A stretch of DNA of 63,851 bases, counting the filler, from Folioceros fuciformis (lineage: Eukaryota), in the NCBI GenBank assembly GCA_049999805.1. It is 3 parts of 2 records of this genome, joined end to end, with 100 filler letters (N's around TTAATTAATTAA, not from the genome) between each part and the next. Parts side by side here need not be neighbours in the genome. Positions count along the whole stretch, not along the records: positions 47,724 to 63,851 come from JBNGIO010006356.1; 2 more parts are not named here. One strand, given 5' to 3'. The first letter of the stretch is position 1. Each line of letters opens with the position of its first letter. The position numbers and the translations under genes are program-made. Positions 55,230 through 63,851 of the stretch are shown here, one piece after another. The notes under the pieces were generated by a model. The model saw only the letters and a program-made list of their open reading frames with translations. It ran no database searches and was not told the DNA's origin.

Positions 55230-55680
55230 GAACAGTCCTCAATCCTGGCCACAACACCCCCAAACCACGGTGTGAGCAGGTAATGCTCATTCTGAAATCC
55301 AAGTCCTAAATCCAAACCGTCCTAATTCCAAACCACTATGTTCCCACAACACCCCCAAAAGCACGGTGTGTGGGTGGGCTGCACACAGTAGCCCTCCCAA
55401 ACAACCCTGTGAGTGTGCATGATCTAATCCTAAATTCCAGGTTCTAAATCCATGGGAAACAACACCCCCCAAAGCACGGTGTGTGGGTGTGCTGCCCACA
55501 GTAGCCCTCCCAAACAACGCAGTGAGTGTGCGCTCATGCAGACTCTGTTGATGTAAATTCCAAGTCGTAAATCCAAACGACCGTGTGAGCATAGGCTTCC
55601 AGCAGCACCTGCAAAGCACTGTGTAAGGGCGCGATGCCCACAGCAGCCCTCCCAAACCAACTTGTTCTGACAATCTAAAC
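55230..55680. repeat. Degenerate tandem repeat in the MULE 3' region
   Basis: Recurring caacacccccaaa(a)gcacggtgtg, cacagtagccctcccaaac and aaattccaagt..taaatcc blocks. Confidence 0.7.
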
Positions 55681-56832
55681 TGGCAGCACATTTCAAACAT
55701 TCTCCTGAAATAAATTTGCAGTCTATTCATGCAACATAGGCGATCTTAAAATGCTCCTCTCCAATCTATTCATCCAACATAGGCGATCTTAAAATCCTTC
55801 TCTCCAGCCCAACCCCCTTCCCGTCCTTTCTTCCTTTTCCTGGCCTGATCTCGGCCTCCCTCAAAAGCCTGAAACCCTTTCTCGACCAATTCCTTCCTCT
55901 GCCCAAAGCCAGCACTGCCAACCCTTGATGCCTGATCCGAACACACCCCGATATCCTCTCCTTCTCCCCCTTAGCTCCCACCTGCCTAGATTGAGATGTA
56001 GGCACAGCAGGAGAGACGAGCCGGGGAGTGAAGGTGGACAAACCCTTGAAGGGCGAGTGGATGCGGGCAGTGCTGAAGAGGAATTTGTGGAGGGACGACC
56101 AGACGCGGGCGGGATCGAATATGCTTCGTTCAGCCCGCTTGGTCCTATTGCCAGGGGCACTTAAGCGCATGGCGTAATGCGTCGCGAGAAAACCGTATGT
56201 GTGCTGGCTAGCCTTAGGAGTATGAAGTTCTTTGGATGGACGGGACATGACATGCCACATCCGATTTCACACGAATGAAGCATTTATCGCTTCGGAGATT
56301 GAGACACTCGGTTGAGCCACGGTGGCTCCACATGAGGTGGATGACGACAACGATGGTGGTACAAAATTTCGGTTCCATAAAGTTTGCGAGCAACAATGCT
56401 GGAGCGGTGGTGCCAGAATTGCGCAGGGTTTCTTTTTTTAATTAGGGTTCATTTCTTTAATAGGGATAAGGCAAATGCACGATGGAAGGGTGTGTGGGTG
56501 TTCGTTAGTGTTGCATGACCTTACGCGAGAACTATTTGTGTAGGACCTAGAAGAGGCAAGGGACTATAGGGCCAAACATTCTATCTTGCACTGCATAGAT
56601 TATTTGTTGGATAGATATGGGTTGCATCAAGCCTTGACGAATAGTCTATTTTCCAAGCGGGGGCCTGCAACTCGATTCTAAAGACCAAGCATGGATCCGG
56701 ATCAAGGAGTACAACTTGTGGACATGGCTAGCAATTACCCTTGTGTATGGACTCTTTGTGGTAAGTAAATGAAGGGGGTAGTAGGTTGATGAGCCTAATG
56801 TAGAGACTCCCAAAGATTTGCTGCAATCAAGG

Positions 56833-56985
56833 TGCTAAATGTTGCAATAGTGTAGTGCTCTTGAGAAGAACGAAAGGACTATGCTAAATGTTGCAATAGT
56901 GTAGTGCTCTTGATAAGAACAAAAGGACTGTGCTAAATGTTGCAATAGTGTAGTGTTCTTGATATTGATAAGAACGAAAGGACTG
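56833..56985. repeat. ~49-bp tandem repeat, 3 copies
   Basis: tgctaaatgttgcaatagtgtagtgctcttga.aagaac.aaaggact repeated. Confidence 0.88.
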
Positions 56986-56989
56986 TTTA

Positions 56990-57260
56990 CGGTTGCATTG
57001 GATCGAAGACACATTGGTAATGCATTTGCTGCTTGCATTGAGCCTTGGCGCAATGATGTGCTCTTAGCCCTCCCTACTACTTCACAATTGGTTGAGACAG
57101 TGAGACATGTTCAAATTAGATCTTAAAAGGCAACTTATGTAATTGATAGTCCAATGTCAAGTTGTCCACATCAAAGACAACTAGTATTTTTATGCAAGCA
57201 TGTTGTGAAAATCTAGGTTTGGTGCAATGACACCACACCTATATAGATGAGGAATTGAAG
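56990..57260 (+). mobile_element. Second, more decayed MULE/SWIM transposase remnant
   Basis: ACIEPWRN (approximates AIESWH) and SSCPHQRQLVFLCKHVVKI (SWIM-like). Confidence 0.45.
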
Positions 57261-58497
57261 GAGGAAGTGGACACAACAATGCTCTCAAGGTGTCTTTATT
57301 ATCGTACTAAGCCTTAGGTGCTGAAATGTCTTCCTTGCTACCTTTTTTAGATGAGTTTTGCACACCATAGATACCACCAAAGTTGAACCTTGCAGGTCCT
57401 AATTTCAAGAATTGAGGGAAAAGAAGACAATACTTGCACTTTTACATTGTGTGGAGTAAGGATACAAGTGCTTATGGGATTGTATGTGCATGTATCATGC
57501 TGTTGTCTTTGGGGCAAAGTGCTTGTGTAGGATACTTTACTAGATCTGGAGTAGTTTATAGCAAAATGAAGTAAACTAGTTGATCAAAGTGAGAGCATGC
57601 CATTGCACTTGGACCTTCTAGTAGAAAGTCCAAGCAATAAAGGCTGAATAAAACCTTTGTAGGAAGTCCAAGCCGTCAAGCTGAACAAAACCTTTCTTCC
57701 CTCCTCCAACGAGGAAATGGATGGTGGAGAATGTTTTGAATAAATAACTTTATGGCCTCCAATTTTCATGTCATGCATAACCCTACTCAAGTTTTGGCAT
57801 AAGCGAACCAAATCAACTTGTAATCACGGCACAACTACATGCTCATATATCTTAGTGTTATTCAGCCCCATGGCATTTACAAATTCATGAGAACTGGTGA
57901 TCAACGTTAAGCATATGTACATGTACAAGTTCCTCGCTAACAAGCAAGTTACTATTGTCTGGGCTTTGAAACTGTTCTCTTTGGTACAGGAGGTTCTGGT
58001 ATCCCATCAGTGTGCTTTCAATCCTCACCCTGTAATATGTAGAGAGATCATACAGGTGCATATGCCAGATTGTGACTCCATGGACATGGCTAATGCCTAG
58101 TTCCAGTCTGCACGAGCGAGTTTGTGGGCCCATACCTGGCCACCTGATTCTTCTTACAGCCAGCCTCTTTCCTGGATCCAAACTGATGAGGCTTTCACAT
58201 CGAAGCCGACAGAAGTCATTGCGCTATTTGCAGTGACTCCCAAAAAGAACGCTCATACCTTATTTAAAGCTTTCTTTCTCCACCCAACTCAAGCTTTCAC
58301 TACGCCTTCCAGAGCATTGTGTGCCCGTAAATAGCCTCACATTAAGCAGGGTGCATGTCAGGTACAGGCCCTGGTTCCTTTATAAATCCCGGGATCTTAA
58401 ACTCCATTACCAAAAACACTGATTACCAAAACAAGCCGTGCTCACAACCGGTGTTGCTCTTGGAACGAAACCCGCGCTGCGCTCTTGGAACATCAGC

Positions 58498-59695
58498 ATG
58501 GAGGAGGCCGTTGGTGGAGAAGAAATTTTATGGCTCAGCATGGAGAACAAGGGGGATTCAGATGATGATGTTATGCCTGGAAGTGCTAAAGATTTCCTCA
58601 AAGCTGCAGGCAAACGACCCGAATCTATTGCATGGAGTGAAGAGGCCACAACAACACTTATTGAAGCTTACTTGGAGATGTAGATTGTGCACCTCAAGCA
58701 CGGGAATTTGGGGACGAAGCACTGGACACGAATTGCCCAATAAATCAGCAGCACCTGCAACATGGACAATCTCACAGCTAGGAAATGCAAACATAAGTTA
58801 GAAAACTTGAAGAAGCGCTTTCGGAAGGAGAAAGACATGGTGGCAAGCTCTGGCCAAACCAATTCCTCTTGGCCACACTTTGCTGCAATGGCAACGCTTT
58901 GTGACAACAACCCCAATTTTGCAGGAATCCCCAATGGCATAGACCTAGGTAAATCCATTTCCACTTTGTCCTTGTAGACTGTTCCAAAAGTGGAGGGTGC
59001 CACAAAACCTACTGCTCCCACTACTGAAGTTGAGGAAACAGATGTTGCTAATATTGGGACCCCTCCATCTCTGCCTACAAGAGTCAGCTCAAGGTACCTG
59101 CCTAGGCCAAATTTGTGAGTGATGAAGAGAGTCTACCAAGCTAGATAACAATGGTGCTTTGTCCTACTGAATTTTCTAGTCTACTCCCATGCCTGCCAAT
59201 CTAGTCTGATGTGTCTTCTAGTCTAGTCTCTTATGTGCCTGTTAACTTTCTTTGGTTCTAGTATAGTTCTTGCATGCATGCTAATCCAGACAAGTAAATA
59301 TCTGCTAGTCCTTACTTGTATGGATTTGCTATTTCATTTTGGTCTGATTTTAAAGATTTTGTGGTTGGCAATTTTGCAGTGAAGGCGGGATTTCACATGT
59401 TCCTGAAACCCCATGTGATAGCAACCATTCATCTTCCGAAACAGATAAAGAGGGACACATTGCATATGGAGTGCAATCCAAAAAAATGAAGCGAAGTATG
59501 TCATCAGGCGGTTTAGGCAAGGATCTCATGTTTGGCTTGGTAGCTTTTGTTGAATGCCTCGCTCAAATTGAGTCAGCCAAGATGGCCAATTCCTTGCAGA
59601 TGCAAAAATTGCTTCTTGCAAATCAATTAGAGATGGCAAAAGTATTGGCAGGGCGGTCACTGAAGAAAAGCAAGTCCAATGTCCCAAATGAGTAG
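58498..59695 (+). pseudogene. Myb/SANT-like (trihelix) DNA-binding protein of a PIF/Harbinger element, decayed
   Basis: WSEEATTTLIEAY..W..IA..TARKCKHKLENLKKRFRKEK..SSWPHF, with a coiled-coil C-terminal exon. In-frame TAG/TAA stops. Convergent with the Harbinger transposase. Confidence 0.8.
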
Positions 59696-60049
59696 AAGTC
59701 CTTTTTATTTAGAAATATTATTGGCTATTTGAAGGCAATTTTCTATTTGCAAATGTATTCACTGAAGGTGAATGACATCTTCATGTTTAATGTTTTCTCT
59801 TTGACATTTTCCACCATTCCATACTCTATGTTTCAGCTACCAAGGGACCCTGTGCAGAAATTCTCCAAGTATCGAACAAAGCCTGTCTTATTTTTTTTGC
59901 TTCGTTATATAAATGTCTATATGATATATCCTCCTACATATTTATTTCCTGGCCATCATGTAAAGGATATGGGTCCGCATCGACGTCCCGGGATGTGCCT
60001 CACCAGTCATGATACAATAATTATGTAACTAAGCAATTACAACTTGAGA

Positions 60050-60990
60050 GGTATATTTCAACCTTCCATTCAGGTTTTTCAATATATGCCACCTATTTTT
60101 CAAGAGTGCAAAAGCATTTTCTATCTTCACCTGCCCACACCGCAGGCTCTTATTAAACATAGCCTTCTCTATTATTTCCTACTGCATGAAAAGCTTTTAG
60201 AAGAAAAGGCATCAAAGGGTATGCAGAATCACCCACAGTAAATGACATGATCGTAGTTCCACAAATTTCCATGGAAGGTGATGTCAATATTTGTCCCTGA
60301 ATCATTTTCTACCATGTACTACTTTCTAGTAAAATTGTAGCATGATGGACACCACCTGGATGAGTACAAGAAACATCAAGGAATAATTGGTCATAATCAC
60401 ATATTCCTTGCAAAACAGTAGAGTGAATGTCATGGTGACACCAATAGGCCACTGGGTTGTCTTGTGTATCTGATTGTTTAGCCAACTTTATATGAGATCC
60501 ATCTACTGCTCCAACCATATTTAGTAATCTTGTAAGAACCAAAAACTTTGCAGATATATTCCGTTGCCCAGTTGTAGAGGGCCAAAAAATAAATCTTGAG
60601 AACAACTTGTTAGGATTGCTTAAAACTTCAGTAACCAACACAGTGTACTGAACCACAATGGATGCCCCAACTCCATATATGTCTGCAACAATATGTGGTG
60701 AAAGCCCTCTAGCAAGTCGATGCAACACCATGGTGTAACTCCACTAGTTCTCTTAACCCAGCACGCACAATATAAGGCTTGAAAAGATCAGCCAAAGCCA
60801 TGAAATTAGGGTATGACATCCTATAAGCAAAACGCCACTGAGCATCTCTCACCGCTTTTCCATTGGTTTGCCAAGCTGGCATGTGAACATTTCGCCAGTG
60901 TTATTTGACAAAGGAATTTCCACCATATTCTAGCTCGCTTCTGTTTAGTCTTCTCTCCGGTAGCTGCCACACTAATTGTCATTAAATCCG
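60050..60990 (-). mobile_element. PIF/Harbinger DDE transposase (HARBI1-like), decayed
   Basis: LHRLARG..IVADIYGVGASIV, NMVGAVDGSHIKL and STVLQGICD..LFLDV..HPGGVHHATIL. Stops and frameshifts. Confidence 0.88.
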
Positions 60991-61559
60991 GTAGCTGCCA
61001 CACTAATTGTCATTAAACCAGCTATAATCATAGAATAAACCAATATACTATCCTCTTGAAGAAGAACATTAAGAACTGATTGTTGAACTTGGAGAACTAA
61101 GTTCAAGACACAAGATTGCAAACCTATTCATCATTTTAGGGCATAAAATATCATACAAAACTAGAATGAAGAAACCATGCACTTCACCAAGACCTGGTAG
61201 AGGATTGTCTATACCAAGAAAACTAACAAAAAAAAACAACTCTAACATAACACATGGCAAAAACCAGCAAGACTCCTCTCTACAAAGGAAATGGGACGGG
61301 ACAACCAAGAAATAAAAACCCTAACATAAGAATACGAAGAGTGAAAAGATATACCACTTGTGATGTAGGTTTAAGTCTAGACTCTAAGACCTATCTCTTA
61401 TGATCTCATGCTCTCTTACAAATTATAAATTAACCTTATTATCTGGCCCTAGATAGCGCTGACCGATTCCGCACTTTTCGGACCCTCATTATGAAAGCTC
61501 CTCCCCAAGCACTACGCCGTTCACGGCGCCATCCGTAATGAACGGCGTCGTTAGGCTAA

Positions 61560-62800
61560 AAACTGCGCAGTATTTCTATTCTAGGTTTCCGATGCAGCTC
61601 ATTAAAGTGCACTGTGCAGTGAAGAGAAGCTTGTCTTCTTCGATGTGAAAGCCATATGACACCCTGTTGCAGGAGGCCCACGGACAGTAGGTCACGGAAT
61701 AAGGTACTGTACAGCTTTGCCATCTTCCTGCTTAGCATTCAGGAGGCGTAGCACTTCTTCACCCATGTCAGTCTCCGGGGCATATCCTGCAATGAGAGTA
61801 GCCCACGTTACACCATCCTTCTCACGAAATGCGTTGATCGCACTCTTAGCGTCTTCCACGCTGCCACCTCTCGCATACAATTCTCACCAAACTGCTGGCC
61901 ACATAGATCACGGTCCAATCAGGAAACCGTCTCCTCCCCTACCTTGACCTGCACACGCGTGCCATGGACGATCGTAGGGTAATTCCAGTCGGATGCACGA
62001 AGATCCGACTCCATTTCTAGACGTACTCAGGCAGTTTGGGATGATAGGATACGAATTGCTCACATGAAGCCAGACAGGTGATAGAGGAGGCCGTGTGCGT
62101 GTCTAGATTGCGGACTGTTGGTGTTAGGGTTTGTGGGAAAGTCGAACACGCAGGAACTTGGCATTGGCCACAACTGGGGAGACCTAAACCACGGACAGCA
62201 TCGAAATTTGAACCCTTCCCACCCTTCCCACCCTTCCAGTAGCTGTTTTGCCTATCTGTTGACTACAGGCCGGCTGCTGAGTGCAGTGTGCTGCGGCATC
62301 CACAAGACACAACGAGGCGCACTGGCCCAGCTCAGGCCATCTCTCATTGTGGATTTTTGAATCCGCAGGATCTGTGCGAACTCCATCGATTAGACTTGAT
62401 GTGGCACAGGGGCCTTGATACCAAACCCTCTGTATGACAACGGTGCTTGCACAGGCATTGTGAACGGCAGGCAGGAGTAAGCATTATGCTCAGCCGAAAT
62501 GAGGCCTGGATGTGCGTACCCTGCTAGCATGTCACCACATCCTCTGTGGCCAAGCTTTCGAAAACCCCTCGTACCTCTCCCGGTTCCACCAAACAGTTGT
62601 CCGCCAGCTGCTCTCTTTCCACGATCTGGGAATGCAGCTGCCTGCCCAGGCGTTTCGGATTAGGAAGCACCTCGTCCAGCGTTGTGTGGCTCCGGGAAAG
62701 CTTCCGTCTCTCACCAAGATACTTGAAGCTCTGCTTACTCTTCCCTATCCACAGGAGCTGGATCTCTTTCCGGACGGTGTCATCTAGATCTTCTGCCGCG
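61560..62800 (-). pseudogene. PLS-class pentatricopeptide repeat gene fragment/pseudogene
   Basis: GRQLHSQIVERE, EVRGVFESLATEDVVT and MYARGGSVEDAKSAINAFREKDGVTWATLIAGYA, in broken frames. Confidence 0.7.
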
Positions 62801-63851
62801 TTGTTTCAACCACCACCGCTACCTCGTGTGTTCCTGCACGCTTTATCCTTCGCCTCCGGAGCACGCACGCACAGGCACAAGAGAGAATGGTGCAACACGT
62901 CGTGGCTGTGACGTGAGAGTGCACACAGAGGTGAGCTGGAAAGCGGAGCAGCCTTCTCCAACTTTTGTCTCCTCCGAGATGAGACTGTTCTTTAACAGTA
63001 TGAACCAGACTCCAGCGAGCACGTTTCACGCCACTTTTCACTGCTCACGGCTCACTGGCAGGTTGCGGCAGGCCAAGGTTCATTGAATGGTGACCATCCC
63101 GTACTGTTCGCAATGCCAGCGTCCACCACCGCCAGTTCGTGCAAAATGCGCCTCCACCGCACGGCACACTTCTTCAAGAAAGTAAGCTTGTTGCAGGTTG
63201 GAAGGCTGGAGATGTCAGTTGCGGCAGGCGGTGAGCCACGCCGTACAGCCTTTGGAGCGATCAGCGATGGAGCTACATGTGTACAGGTGTTGGAAGCAAT
63301 ATTCTATCCCTGCGCCTCTCAACTGCCAACTTATTAGGCTTCTTGGCGGGCGCCGTGGCAATCCAGTCGCGCGACAGTCAGGCGGTCGACAACTGCAACA
63401 CTTGAACGCGGCTCGGGGGTACTACTACCCCATTCTCAGCAGCTTTTTACCCGGGCCACCTGTGATCGGATGAACATGGACGCCCCCGGCTGCCCAGCCC
63501 GGACGGTTAGGTAAGCCGTCCCGCACGTACCCCTTTTCATACTCATCAAAGAGGAAGGGCTTGCTGAGCCGTCTCTTTCCTGTCCCGCTCACCCGCCTGT
63601 CGCCTCGGAGTCGAGCGGAGAGGAGAGGAGCGGAGTGGAGTGGAGAGGAGGCAACGCGGGGCAAGGCAGGCGTTTCTATCTTTCTCCGGGCAGGGTGTGC
63701 CAGCGCGCACTGCCCTCGCCCTCAGCCTGAGAGCCGGGCGTGGCCGCGTCTGCCATCCTCACCCACTCCCTGCGCAATGCACTTCATGCGCCTCGTCGCA
63801 GCAACCGGACGCTGCAATTCCCCGCGCATCCCTCCTTGATGCGGAAATGCT

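Larger units (their letters stand above)
51800..56340 (+). mobile_element. MULE (Mutator-like) element with a decayed SWIM-domain transposase and degenerate TIRs
   Basis: IPWSRVDDYV.GE, WCSYG, MDATFGTNKY..FTMMVFDQHLNGIPLAW, LCLWHVRKAW and SWIM CSC..GFLCKH. Inverted match of 51842-51869 with 56280-56307 (24/28) and of 51890-51899 with 56251-56260. Outer limits approximate. Confidence 0.8.

Noticed and set aside
62826-63851. Possible gene start at the right edge
   Set aside because: It is GC-rich and promoter/5'-like, but no product is identifiable within the window.

Overview
This is a land-plant nuclear scaffold with six N-gaps. Short GT-AG introns suggest a non-seed plant, but that is inference. 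The left 16 kb holds host genes: a decayed NPF/PTR transporter, intact RPS29, a 22-exon plastidic phosphoglucomutase and an intronless PP2-A10-like gene. From about 16 to 47.6 kb is a nested transposon complex. A decayed Sola2-type DDD transposase (+) lies tail-to-tail with a large intron-containing minus-strand gene encoding a ParB/Srx-like domain plus a bacterial-type beta-class N4/N6 DNA methyltransferase. One predicted intron of that gene carries seven 24-bp palindromes at about 42-bp spacing. This unit was hit by solo LTRs of one family (three copies, each with its own 5-bp TSD, one exact and two 4/5). One solo LTR carries a full Ty1/copia element, which in turn carries another solo LTR and a second copia element. 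The right end has a LINE remnant, an intact BAHD acyltransferase lacking DFGWG, a MULE/SWIM element with decayed TIRs, a PIF/Harbinger element and a PPR pseudogene. The best candidate for an undescribed system is the transposase, ParB-methyltransferase and palindrome-array unit. All family calls come from motifs read by eye; no database search was run.
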